From: Spirochaetales bacterium
Lineage (GTDB): Bacteria > Spirochaetota > Spirochaetia > SZUA-6 > RPPD01
DNA: 64,000 nucleotides
Direction of reading: 5' to 3'
Assembly (NCBI GenBank): GCA_016934415.1
Contig: JAFGSW010000063.1
Span: 20,043 to 84,042 of the forward strand
Shown: positions 1 to 9,265 of the stretch, piece after piece
Layout: every line of letters starts with the position of its first letter
Numbering within the stretch: the first letter of the stretch is position 1
Program-made: the position numbers and the translations under genes
The notes under the pieces: model-generated
The model's database searches: none
What the model saw: only the letters and a program-made list of their open reading frames with translations
Told to the model about the DNA's origin: nothing

Positions 1-2
1 AT

Positions 3-260
3 TCCAATTTCTCCCGCCTGCTCGCCATCCAGGCCGATTACGTCAAGATCTCCGGTGACTTCACCAAGAACATTCTGGTCGACGAGCAAAACTACAAGGT
101 GGTCAAGGCGATCACCGACTTCGCGCACAGCATCGGCACCGAAGTCATCGCCGAGTACGTCTGCCACGAGGATATCCAGAAAAAGATCCTCGAGCTCGGG
201 ATCGAATATTCGCAGGGCAACCTGTTTTCCCGCCCCGCGCCCGAGCTGGTGAAGGGCTGA
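3..260 (+). CDS. EAL-domain (c-di-GMP phosphodiesterase) protein, C-terminal fragment; the N-terminus lies outside the window
   Basis: Frame 3 translates without a stop from the window edge to the TGA at 258-260: ...YVKISGDFTKNILVDEQNYKVVKAITDFAHSIGTEVIAEYVCHEDIQKKILELGIEYSQGNLFSRPAPELVKG. This matches the conserved C-terminal block of EAL domains. The ORF-track ORF at 55..252 is in a different, arginine-rich frame and is probably spurious. Confidence 0.6.
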   Translation, partial: SNFSRLLAIQADYVKISGDFTKNILVDEQNYKVVKAITDFAHSIGTEVIAEYVCHEDIQKKILELGIEYSQGNLFSRPAPELVKG

Positions 261-332
261 GGCGATCTCCCTCGACAATTCTCATCGTTTCAGTTATTTT
301 TATCGTAGCTTTTAGGGTCAAGGAGTCGAGCC

Positions 333-2075
333 ATGAAGGTTAGAATCTCACTCGCCATTTTACTCTGCACAGCATTCATCTTGACCGGCTGCGGTCCCGG
401 CGCCGGCCAGGGGCCCACCGTTGAGGATAATTCAATAGCGTTTGGTTACGAGGCGATGCCTAATTCCTTGAACTACCTGATCGACTATAACAGTTTTAGT
501 ATTTATGTGGGACAACTTCTTTATGAAACGCTTACGGAGCTTAATTACGATACTTTCGAACTTCAGCCCCGCCTTGCAGAGAGCTGGAAAATCAGCGATG
601 ACAAGATGACGTATACGTTTATCCTCGATAAAGATGCGCAATGGGCGGACGGGTCGCCGGTGACAACCGACGATATCCTTTTTACGTATAATACGATCAT
701 GGATCCTAAAAACTTGACGTCAATTTTCCGCTCAGATTATGAAAATTCCTTTTTAAAAGTGTACGCGTTGGATTCGAGAACGATAGTTTTCAAGGCAAAA
801 ACGAATCGATGGTCGAACTTCTATTCCGCGTGCTTTTTCGTCGTTCTCCCCAAAGAAGCATATAGCGGAAAGGATTTCAATAAAGATTTTAACCTGACTT
901 TACCGCCCGGCTCGGGACCATACATTATCGATACTATCGAACCTGATCGTTTTATACAACTTAAGAAACGTTCCGATTTCTGGTGCAAGAAGCTTCCAAG
1001 TAAAAGAAACATGTATAATTTCGAAACAATAAAGATTAAATTTATTTCCGAGGACAGCGTACGGATCGAGGCCCTAAAAAAAGGCGATATTAATTATTTT
1101 CCCGTCTCAAGTGCGAAGAATTGGGTTGAATTGACTCAGAACAATGTGCCGGACCAAATAAAAAAGAATTGGATCCTCGCGAAGCGCATTTGGAACAAAG
1201 CTCCCCAGGGATATCAAGGTTTCGAGATGAACCTGCGTCGCGATAAATTTAAAGACCTACGTATTCGTCAGGCTCTAGCCATGCTGCTGAACATCGATCT
1301 AATTAATGAGAAAATTATGTATAATCAATATACACGCCTCAGATCTTATTTCCCGTCATTTTTCGGGCAGGATAAAGACCTCCCGCTCATTCCTTACGAT
1401 CCAGATCAGGCGAGAAAACTGCTGGCTGAGGCCGGTTGGGACAAAGTTGGCAATGACGGTATTCTGGTGAATAAAAACGGTCAACGATTCAGTATTGACT
1501 TCCTTTATAGTTCGCAGAGTTTGGAAAAGCATCTTACGATTTTTAAAGAAGATTGCAAAAAAGTCGGCGTACAGGTGAACCTCAGCCTTATATCCGCGGC
1601 GTCCTGGCGGAAAAAAGTTTTTGAGGATCATGATTTCGATATCACGTGGGGCGCCTGGGGTCCCGGCGTCCCCTACCCTTCGGTAGAAGACGGCTGGAAA
1701 AGCGACCGGGCCGATCTTCCGAACAGCAATAACATCACCGGCTATAAAAATCCTTCGCTCGATAAACTCATTGACGCATACTTGATGGAATACGATATTC
1801 CAAAACGCGTGGCGCTTCTCAAAAAAATCGACCTCACCCTGACTAGTGATATGCCGACGATATTACTCTGGGGTGCCCCGTATATTAGGATTTTATATTG
1901 GAACAAATACGGGATGATTCCGACCGTACTGAAAAAATACGACGACAGCAACAGCGAGGATTCGCCCTACACCAACTGGTGGCTCGATGCGCAGAAGTTA
2001 AAAGCCTTGATTGATGCGCGCGCCAACAATGCCGTGCTTCCCTCGGAGCCAATCGAAGTACACATCGAAAAATAA
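333..2075 (+). CDS. ABC transporter substrate-binding lipoprotein, family 5 (oligopeptide/dipeptide OppA/DppA-like)
   Basis: 580 aa. Lipoprotein signal MKVRISLAILLCTAFILTGCG (lipobox LTGC). Length and composition are typical of SBP_bac_5. AAGGAG ribosome-binding site 8 nt upstream. First gene of a five-gene transporter cluster. Confidence 0.9.
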   Translation: MKVRISLAILLCTAFILTGCGPGAGQGPTVEDNSIAFGYEAMPNSLNYLIDYNSFSIYVGQLLYETLTELNYDTFELQPRLAESWKISDDKMTYTFILDKDAQWADGSPVTTDDILFTYNTIMDPKNLTSIFRSDYENSFLKVYALDSRTIVFKAKTNRWSNFYSACFFVVLPKEAYSGKDFNKDFNLTLPPGSGPYIIDTIEPDRFIQLKKRSDFWCKKLPSKRNMYNFETIKIKFISEDSVRIEALKKGDINYFPVSSAKNWVELTQNNVPDQIKKNWILAKRIWNKAPQGYQGFEMNLRRDKFKDLRIRQALAMLLNIDLINEKIMYNQYTRLRSYFPSFFGQDKDLPLIPYDPDQARKLLAEAGWDKVGNDGILVNKNGQRFSIDFLYSSQSLEKHLTIFKEDCKKVGVQVNLSLISAASWRKKVFEDHDFDITWGAWGPGVPYPSVEDGWKSDRADLPNSNNITGYKNPSLDKLIDAYLMEYDIPKRVALLKKIDLTLTSDMPTILLWGAPYIRILYWNKYGMIPTVLKKYDDSNSEDSPYTNWWLDAQKLKALIDARANNAVLPSEPIEVHIEK

Positions 2076-2093
2076 TAGATTATTGGTAGAGCG

Positions 2094-3098
2094 ATGCTCC
2101 GGTATCTGATTAAAAGGATGCTTCTCATCATTCCCACGCTCATCGGGGTGAGCATCGTGACCTTCTTTCTCACCAGAATTCTACCCGGTGGGCCTGTTGA
2201 ACAAGCCATCATGCACATGACCCAGGGCAAGGACCGATCTCTGCGCAAGGAGGTAAACTCCGAAGAGATTGCGCGCTTGAATAAAATCTACGGCTTCGAC
2301 AAGCCGGTCGTTCAACAGTATTTCATGTGGATGGGGAAAATCGTCCGGGGAGATTTCGGAGAATCCTTCCGCTCCTTCCGGCCGGTCACGCAGGTGATTT
2401 TTTCGCGGGTGCCCATTTCGCTTACCTTCGGGCTCACGGGTTTTTTCCTCTCTTATCTCATCTGCATCCCGCTCGGTATAAAAAAAGCGCTTAAGCACAA
2501 ACAGCTCTACGATTCGATCACGAGCGCTATCGTTTATATTGGATATTCTATTCCCGGTTTCGCATTAGGCGTCCTGCTGCTCGTGTTCCTGGGAGGCGGC
2601 ACCTTCCTCAATCTTTTTCCCCTGCGCGGGATCGTCTCCGACAATTTCGAGTATCTACCGTGGTACGGTAAAATCTTCGATTTCATCCACCACATGATTC
2701 TACCCGTATTTTGCTATACGGTCGGGGGGTTCGCCGTGCTCACCACCCTTATGAAAAATTCACTCCTCGACGAACTGGGGAAGGACTATATCCGCACCGC
2801 CATGGCGAAGGGACTTCCCTTCCGGAAAGTCGTTTATCGTCACGCGTTGCGGAACGCGTTTATCCCCATCCTCACCGGATTGGGCAGTTTTTTCAGTATT
2901 TTTTTCGCAGGTTCGATCCTGATAGAAAAAGTTTTCACAATTCCCGGTATGGGGCTTTTAAGCTACGACTCGATGCTCAACCGGGATTACCCGGTTGTGC
3001 TCGGCCTCATTTTGATTCAAACGCTCTTTGCGCTGTTGGGACGACTCGTCTCCGATTTTTCATTAGCCGCGGCCGACCCGCGCATTTCATTCGAATAG
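2094..3098 (+). CDS. ABC transporter permease (OppB/DppB/YejB-like)
   Basis: 334 aa. N-terminal ...RILPGGPVEQAI... motif typical of OppB-family permeases. Multiple transmembrane segments and an EAA-like loop (IRTAMAKGLPFRKVVYRHALRNA). Confidence 0.9.
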   Translation: MLRYLIKRMLLIIPTLIGVSIVTFFLTRILPGGPVEQAIMHMTQGKDRSLRKEVNSEEIARLNKIYGFDKPVVQQYFMWMGKIVRGDFGESFRSFRPVTQVIFSRVPISLTFGLTGFFLSYLICIPLGIKKALKHKQLYDSITSAIVYIGYSIPGFALGVLLLVFLGGGTFLNLFPLRGIVSDNFEYLPWYGKIFDFIHHMILPVFCYTVGGFAVLTTLMKNSLLDELGKDYIRTAMAKGLPFRKVVYRHALRNAFIPILTGLGSFFSIFFAGSILIEKVFTIPGMGLLSYDSMLNRDYPVVLGLILIQTLFALLGRLVSDFSLAAADPRISFE

Positions 3099-3109
3099 GA
3101 GTCTTGAGT

Positions 3110-4153
3110 TTGCGCCTGTCGCCACTTACTAAAAGACGAATCAATCGGTTTTTCAAGATCAAGCGTTCGGTCCTTTCCCTGGCCGTTCTCGGCGTCCTGT
3201 ATATCCTCTCGCTCGGGAGCGAGCTCATTGCCAATGACAAGCCCATTCTCGTCTTTTATAAAAACACGCCCTATTTGTTCAACGCCTACATCTTCCATTC
3301 CGATAAAACCTTCGGGGGACAATACGACACCGAGGCCCAGTACCGCGGGCTCAACAAGACCGCCGCTTTTATGCAGGGAAGCGGCAACTATATGGTTTTC
3401 CCTCTCGTCCCATACAGCGCCTATTCTTCATCACTTGACGAGCTTAGGGGCAACCCGCCCACCGCTCCGGATGCGATACATATCCTGGGCACGGACGATC
3501 GCGGGCGGGACGTGTTTGCCCGCCTGCTCTACGGTTTCCGGACCTCGCTCACCTTCGCGCTGGTTCTCCTCGTCCTGGAAATCGTCATTGGATGCGTTAT
3601 CGGCGCTCTTCAGGGTTACCTGGGCGGGGCCTTCGATCTCGTCATGCAGCGCCTCATCGAGATTCTCTCCGCCCTTCCGTTCCTCTACATCGTTATCCTC
3701 ATCGGCAACGTTCTTGGGCAGAGCTTCGGCATGCTCATTCTCATTATGGCAATCTTCAACTGGATCGGGCTTTCCTACTACATTCGGTCCGAATTTCTAA
3801 AAAACAAGCAGTTCCAGTTCGTCGAAGCGGCCAGGGCCCTCGGCGTGCGCGGTGCCAAGATCCTTTTCTCCGAAATTCTCCCGAATGCCCTCACCCCGAT
3901 CGTCACCTTCATGCCGTTCTCGCTCATCTCGGCCGTCTTTACCCTCACCGCCCTCGACTACCTGGGCTTCGGCCTGCCGGCTCCCACGCCGAGCTGGGGC
4001 GAGCTCATTCAGCAGGGAATGGAAAACCTTTCGAGCTATTGGTTGTCGGTGTATCCTTTCATCATTCTTTTCCTCACGCTCCTCCTCCTCGCCTTCGTGG
4101 GCGAAGGGCTCCGGGAGGCGCTCGATCCCAGGGAATACTCCCGGATGGAATGA
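3110..4153 (+). CDS. ABC transporter permease (OppC/DppC/YejE-like)
   Basis: The ORF-track frame (2711..4153) is open through the upstream gene. I place the start at the TTG about 7 nt after a GGAG that overlaps the upstream stop. This gives LRLSPLTKRRINRFFKIKRSV..., a typical OppC N-terminus, and about 348 aa. The exact start is uncertain by a few codons. Confidence 0.8.
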   Translation: MRLSPLTKRRINRFFKIKRSVLSLAVLGVLYILSLGSELIANDKPILVFYKNTPYLFNAYIFHSDKTFGGQYDTEAQYRGLNKTAAFMQGSGNYMVFPLVPYSAYSSSLDELRGNPPTAPDAIHILGTDDRGRDVFARLLYGFRTSLTFALVLLVLEIVIGCVIGALQGYLGGAFDLVMQRLIEILSALPFLYIVILIGNVLGQSFGMLILIMAIFNWIGLSYYIRSEFLKNKQFQFVEAARALGVRGAKILFSEILPNALTPIVTFMPFSLISAVFTLTALDYLGFGLPAPTPSWGELIQQGMENLSSYWLSVYPFIILFLTLLLLAFVGEGLREALDPREYSRME

Positions 4154-4156
4154 GAC

Positions 4157-5155
4157 ATGGCGAACGAAAAACCCCTGGTCAATGTCAAACGCCTCTCCAT
4201 CGGATTCACCGTCGAGGAGAAATACATCGAAGCGGTGGATGGGATATCGTTCGCCATCGGCTCGTGCGAAAGCGTGGGGCTGGTGGGCGAATCCGGCTGC
4301 GGCAAGAGCGTAACGGCCATGGCCCTCATCAAGCTGCTCCCCGTGCCCGTCTCCCGGATCGCCTGTGAGACGCTCGAGTTCGCCGGCAAGGATCTCCTTT
4401 CCCTGCCCCATGCGGAGATAGAGGCGATCAGGGGACGTGAAGTGGGCGTCATATTCCAGGAGCCGATGACGAGCCTCAATCCCGTCAAAAAGATCGGGGT
4501 TCAGGTCGAGGAACCGCTTCGCATCCACCTTCCCGCCATGGAAAAGACGGAGCGGCGTCTGCGCATGTTTGAGATGCTGGCCGAGGTCGGCCTGTCCGAC
4601 GCGGAGCGCGTCGCCGCATCATTTCCCCATAATCTTTCCGGCGGGATGCGGCAGCGGGTGATGATCGCCATCGCCATGGTCCTCAAGCCCAAGCTCCTCA
4701 TCGCCGACGAGCCCACCACCGCCCTCGACGTGACGATCCAGGCCCAGATCATCGACCTCATCAAGCGGCTCCAGGAACAATACCGGATGTCGCTCCTTCT
4801 CATCAGCCACAACATGGGCCTCGTCACGACCGTCTGCGAACGGGTGTTCGTCATGTACGCCGGCCGGTTAGCCGAAACCTCTCCTCTTGAGGAGCTTTTT
4901 TCGCATCCCCTCCACCCGTATACGCAGGGCCTTCTCAAATCCATCCCGACGCTGTCAACGGGACGCGAGGCGCTTCAGTCCATCTCCGGGACCGTCCCCC
5001 ACCCGAGCGAGTTTTTGCCCGGTTGCCGCTTCGCTCCCCGTTGTCCGTACGCCTTCGATCTCTGCCGTGCGCCGGAGCCGCCTCCCCTCTTTGTCCGAGG
5101 ACCCGAACACGGCGTATCGTGCTGGCTGTACCGGGAAGGAGACAGACCGACATGA
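4157..5155 (+). CDS. Oligopeptide ABC transporter ATP-binding protein (OppD-like)
   Basis: Walker A GESGCGKS, ABC signature LSGGMRQRV, Walker B LLIADEPTTALD. C-terminal oligopeptide-transporter extension carrying cysteines. Confidence 0.9.
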   Translation: MANEKPLVNVKRLSIGFTVEEKYIEAVDGISFAIGSCESVGLVGESGCGKSVTAMALIKLLPVPVSRIACETLEFAGKDLLSLPHAEIEAIRGREVGVIFQEPMTSLNPVKKIGVQVEEPLRIHLPAMEKTERRLRMFEMLAEVGLSDAERVAASFPHNLSGGMRQRVMIAIAMVLKPKLLIADEPTTALDVTIQAQIIDLIKRLQEQYRMSLLLISHNMGLVTTVCERVFVMYAGRLAETSPLEELFSHPLHPYTQGLLKSIPTLSTGREALQSISGTVPHPSEFLPGCRFAPRCPYAFDLCRAPEPPPLFVRGPEHGVSCWLYREGDRPT

Positions 5156-6156
5156 ATGCGCCCCTGCTTGAGGTCCGCGGCTTGAAAAAATACTTCCCCG
5201 TCCGCAAGAATATGCTCTGGAGCCGTCAGGCGACGGTGCGGGCGGTCGACGATGTTTCCTTTGCCGTCATGCCGAGCGAAACCATCGGCCTGGTCGGTGA
5301 ATCCGGCTGCGGCAAGACGACATTGGGCAGGGTGATCTCCCTCCTCCTTCGCCCGACGGCTGGGAAGATCACGTTCGACGGGCGGGTCATCACCGGCTTG
5401 CGGGGCCGCGCGCTTCACCGATACCGGCATTCACTGCAGATCATCTTTCAGGACCCGTATTCGTCGCTCAATCCGCGCAAGACCGTCTTCGACATCGTTC
5501 TTACCGGGATCCGCGCCTTCGGAATCGTTAAAACCAAAAAGGCTCTCATGGACAAAGCCGAAGCGCTCCTCACGCTGGTCGGGCTTTCTCCGCAATACCT
5601 CCACCATTATCCGCACGAATTTTCCGGCGGCCAGCGGCAGCGGATTTCCATCGCCCGCACCCTGGCGGTGAATCCCCGGCTGGTGATCTGCGACGAACCG
5701 GTCTCGGCCCTCGACGTGTCCATCCAGGCGCAGATTCTCAATCTCCTCAACGAGTTGAAGCAGCAATTGTCGCTTTCGTACATTTTTATTTCGCACGATT
5801 TGTCGGTTGTGAAATACCTGTCCGACCGCATTTTCGTGATGTACCGGGGGAAAATCGTGGAAAAGGCCGCCGCCGCCGAGCTCTTCGCCCGGACGGCGCA
5901 TCCCTACTCAAAAGCCCTCATTTCCGCGATTCCCGAGCCGGTGATCAACCAAACGAAAAAGACGATCATCCTCAAAGGCGACGTCACGACGCCCGTGGGA
6001 GCGATAGAGGGCTGCTGTTTCCGGGAGCGCTGCTACATGGCGCAGGCGGTGTGCCGGACGACGAGTCCGCCGGACCGCGAGATACACCCGGGACATTTTT
6101 CTTGCTGCCATTTTGCGGAGCAGGTCGCGCCGCCCGCTGGCGGGGGAAAATCGTAA
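5152..6156 (+). CDS. Oligopeptide ABC transporter ATP-binding protein (OppF-like)
   Basis: The internal ATG at 5152 ([17 protein letters not shown]) overlaps the upstream stop as ATGA. Walker A GESGCGKT, signature FSGGQRQRI, Walker [13 protein letters not shown]. The ORF-track start at 5023 is an in-frame extension running into the previous gene. Confidence 0.9.
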   Translation: MNAPLLEVRGLKKYFPVRKNMLWSRQATVRAVDDVSFAVMPSETIGLVGESGCGKTTLGRVISLLLRPTAGKITFDGRVITGLRGRALHRYRHSLQIIFQDPYSSLNPRKTVFDIVLTGIRAFGIVKTKKALMDKAEALLTLVGLSPQYLHHYPHEFSGGQRQRISIARTLAVNPRLVICDEPVSALDVSIQAQILNLLNELKQQLSLSYIFISHDLSVVKYLSDRIFVMYRGKIVEKAAAAELFARTAHPYSKALISAIPEPVINQTKKTIILKGDVTTPVGAIEGCCFRERCYMAQAVCRTTSPPDREIHPGHFSCCHFAEQVAPPAGGGKS

Positions 6157-6193
6157 ACGATGATGGGCGCTCAAACGCCCGAAGGGGGACCAT

Positions 6194-7657
6194 ATGAAAA
6201 AAAGATATCTGGCGATTTTCGCGGCGGCGTATTTGCTCGGGGTTCCGTTTCAGGCGACCGCCCTTGATACGCCCGTTCCCGGCCTCACGTGGCAGGTGCT
6301 CGACAACGGACTCGAAGTGTTCATTTACGAATCGCACGCCGTACCGCTCGCCAAAGTGGAGGTGGTCTTCCGCTGCGGATCGCTCGCCCAGACTCCCGAG
6401 ACGGCCGGCTTGTTTCACCTTTACGAGCACCTGCTTTTCAAGGGCAACGCGTTGCTGAAGAGCGACAGCGATTTCCAGGCCGCCATGAAAGAGCTCGGGG
6501 TGACGTCCTGGAACGGCGGCACGAGCGATGAATTCGTCAATTACTACTTTACCATACCCTCTGATAAAGTGGAGAAGGGGCTCGCCTTCTGGGCGGCGGC
6601 CGTACGCTCACCCCTTTTCCTGCCTAACGAGCTGGCCATCGAAAAAGACGTCGTTATCAATGAAATCCTGGGGGATTATAACGAGCCGAACCGAATCTAC
6701 GACGGCGCCCTCGAGGCGAGACTTTTTTACATGTACCCCTGGCGCAAGGACGCCATCGGTCCGGAACGCAATGTGCGGAACGCCACCATCTCCCAGTTGC
6801 GGGAAATCCAAAGCACCTATTACATCCCGAACAATGCCGCCATTCTCGTCGGCGGAGACGTCGATCCGGCTGAAATCATCATCTTGATCAAGAAGCGCTT
6901 CGGCGACTGGAAGCGCGGCTCGGCCGCCTGGTCGACCAGACCGGCGCCGCATCCCTTTCCCGCCGCCGACTTGTTCCTGGCATACCCGGATGAAACGACT
7001 TACCAGGACATCATCACGATCGATATTCGCTGGCGCGGTCCTGACGTGCTCGACCAGACAGCCGCCACCTATGCCGCCGATCTGTGGCTTTCCCTGCTCG
7101 AAGATCCGGCGGGGCCGTTTCTCAATCATCTGGCGGAAAAAATCCCGTCCCTGTACAAGAAAGAGGCGACCACCGTTTCCTACTTCACCCAGCGCGACGG
7201 CGGGGTGATTTACTTCAGGACCTTGCTCAAGGCGACATCCGGACACAACCTGGCGCAGACCGTGCTCGACGCGAAAAAAGCCGTCCTGGAGGAAATGAAT
7301 TTGATGGCCTCCGATCCGCATTATTTCAGCGAGGCCGATTTCTCCCTGGTGAAGGCGAGACTCGAAGACCAGCTCCTTGTGGGCCGGGAAACCGCCGACC
7401 GTTTCATCGACACCCTGTCGTTCTGGTGGTCCACGGCCAGCACAGATTATTATTTCGGATATATCGACAATCTGCGGCGCGTCACCAATGACGACGTGGC
7501 GAAGTTCATCACCGCGTACCTCCTGACCAAGAAATCGGTGACCGGGGTGAGGCTCAACCCCTCTCTTTACAGGACTGCCCGGTACGGCTTCCGGAAAGCC
7601 CGTTTCTCCGAGATCACGCCCGCCAACGCGTTTTGGTGGCAGGATAAGGGGAGATAA
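6194..7657 (+). CDS. Secreted M16-family (pitrilysin/insulinase-like) zinc peptidase, active subunit
   Basis: Signal peptide. Inverted zinc-binding motif HLYEHLLFKG (HxxEH). 487 aa. GGGGGA ribosome-binding site. Confidence 0.9.
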   Translation: MKKRYLAIFAAAYLLGVPFQATALDTPVPGLTWQVLDNGLEVFIYESHAVPLAKVEVVFRCGSLAQTPETAGLFHLYEHLLFKGNALLKSDSDFQAAMKELGVTSWNGGTSDEFVNYYFTIPSDKVEKGLAFWAAAVRSPLFLPNELAIEKDVVINEILGDYNEPNRIYDGALEARLFYMYPWRKDAIGPERNVRNATISQLREIQSTYYIPNNAAILVGGDVDPAEIIILIKKRFGDWKRGSAAWSTRPAPHPFPAADLFLAYPDETTYQDIITIDIRWRGPDVLDQTAATYAADLWLSLLEDPAGPFLNHLAEKIPSLYKKEATTVSYFTQRDGGVIYFRTLLKATSGHNLAQTVLDAKKAVLEEMNLMASDPHYFSEADFSLVKARLEDQLLVGRETADRFIDTLSFWWSTASTDYYFGYIDNLRRVTNDDVAKFITAYLLTKKSVTGVRLNPSLYRTARYGFRKARFSEITPANAFWWQDKGR

Positions 7658-7659
7658 AT

Positions 7660-9138
7660 ATGAATACCAATTCTCGTTTTCGGCCGCTGATACCGCTCCT
7701 TTTTTCATTTCTCGTCGCCGGCTGCCAAACCGGAGGCCCGGCCGCGGCGGTCAATCAATTCGCGCAAAACAACCTCTCCTCCTTTTTTTCGCGGACGCTG
7801 GATAACGGAATACCGGTCGTCGTTAAAAAAAGCGACGTCAATCGCATCCGGACTCTCAGCATCAGCCTCAAGGGGCAGGCGATGTTCACTCCCCCCGGCC
7901 GGGCCGGCATCGAGGCCGTGACACTCGACATGCTCACGAAAGGCTCCCGGCGCTACTCATACGACCGGATCCGGAGAATGCTGTACGAGATGAGCTCCTC
8001 CATATCCGATTTTTACAATTCCTTCGATTACTCGTCCTTCAATCTCTTCACCCTCGATAAATACTTCGACGAGCTTTTTCCGATCTTTATCGATTGCTTC
8101 CTTGATCCCGCCTGGGACGCCGCCCAATTCGACAAGGTCGTCAACGATTTGAAAATAAAAAGGAAGCAGGACTTGACCGATCCTTTGGGCCTGGCGGCGG
8201 ACAGGCTCCACAACCGTTTTTTCAAGGGGCACCCTTATCTCGCGCCTTTCGGCGGCAGCGAAGAAACCCTCTCACGGCTCACCCTGCCGATCGTGATGAA
8301 ATACTATGATGATTTTTTTCGCCCGGAACGGATCATGATTACAGCCGTGGGGAACTACGATCCCGAGGATCTTTTTCGCAAATTGAACGCCACGATCGGG
8401 AAACTGCCGAAAAAGGGAATTTCACTGCCGTCCGTCCCCCCTTTCGCCCCGATGAAGGATTCCTCCCTCCTCCTCGAACCTTTCCCGGCTTCGGTCGGTG
8501 TCGGCTATGTGCGCGGCGATACGCCCATACCGCCGCCCACGGATGGCGACTACCCCGCCCTGCTCATCGCCTGCTCCATGCTCGGCGATATTTTTTACCA
8601 AAAAATCCGCATTGAGCACGGCGCCGCCTACGGCATGTGGGCCAATCCCTTCGCCTTTAAAGCGAATTACCTGAGCATCACTATTTATAAAACGACCGTG
8701 CCGGAAAAGGTGAAGCACTACATAGACGATTCCATCGCCGTCATGGCGCGGGGGAAATGCCTGGGAGTGACCGTCAACTCGTCCGCTGCGGCGGTGGAAA
8801 ACAGCGCCTCCCAACCCCCGCCTCCGTCGTCGTACGTCGACTTAAATGACGCGCTCGAATTCTACAAGGCCCAGTACATCAATTCATATTACCAGCGGCA
8901 GGAAACCAATGCTTCAATCACCTCGCAGATAATCACCTCGCTCGTTTCCACCGGCGATTTCAAGAGCTATTTGTTCCTTATCAATAGGATCGATTCAGTC
9001 ACGGCCGACGATATCAGGCGCGTCGTAAAAAAATACCTCTATCAACAACCCAAAATGTGGATCGTCGTGGCTTCGCAGGACTTGCTCGACAACATCAACC
9101 AAGCAGACTACCTTCATTTCCTCGGCGACATAAAATAA
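7660..9138 (+). CDS. M16-family peptidase-like lipoprotein lacking the HxxEH motif (probable non-catalytic partner subunit)
   Basis: Starts 2 nt after the upstream stop. Lipobox LVAGC. M16-like length and domain layout, but no HxxEH was found by eye. Confidence 0.75.
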   Translation: MNTNSRFRPLIPLLFSFLVAGCQTGGPAAAVNQFAQNNLSSFFSRTLDNGIPVVVKKSDVNRIRTLSISLKGQAMFTPPGRAGIEAVTLDMLTKGSRRYSYDRIRRMLYEMSSSISDFYNSFDYSSFNLFTLDKYFDELFPIFIDCFLDPAWDAAQFDKVVNDLKIKRKQDLTDPLGLAADRLHNRFFKGHPYLAPFGGSEETLSRLTLPIVMKYYDDFFRPERIMITAVGNYDPEDLFRKLNATIGKLPKKGISLPSVPPFAPMKDSSLLLEPFPASVGVGYVRGDTPIPPPTDGDYPALLIACSMLGDIFYQKIRIEHGAAYGMWANPFAFKANYLSITIYKTTVPEKVKHYIDDSIAVMARGKCLGVTVNSSAAAVENSASQPPPPSSYVDLNDALEFYKAQYINSYYQRQETNASITSQIITSLVSTGDFKSYLFLINRIDSVTADDIRRVVKKYLYQQPKMWIVVASQDLLDNINQADYLHFLGDIK

Positions 9139-9265
9139 CGCATGAAACGGTGACAATCTGTTTTCTCCTGCGGAACACACCGTGAGTCGAATTTGAATAT
9201 CTCTTCCCCATCCGCTATACTTCGAATCGAGGGGATAATCCGAGGAAGGAGAGGCGCTTTTCGCC

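Noticed and set aside
2711-3109. In-frame N-terminal extension of the OppC-like permease and similar extensions (5023-5151 for the OppF-like ATPase, 43039..45999 ORF N-terminus for hypF, 46880-46990 for the protease, 22534..23421 ORF N-terminus for rnfE)
   Set aside because: The extensions overlap the preceding gene in another frame and are arginine-rich. Internal starts with a ribosome-binding site or ATGA coupling give proteins of canonical length and N-termini.
6608-7708. 366-aa minus-strand ORF antisense to the M16 peptidase, and similar long antisense ORFs (10728-11288, 9215-9952, 13132-13677, 20214-21617, 29815-30618, 30461-31582, 37120-38205, 38317-39162, 41689-42864, 47593-48204, 49211-50287, 50378-51079, 51634-52521, 55810-56754, 62505-63431)
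   Set aside because: They run antisense to well-supported conserved genes, have Arg/Gly/Pro/Ala-rich low-complexity composition and no recognisable motifs. This is the expected high-GC frame artefact.
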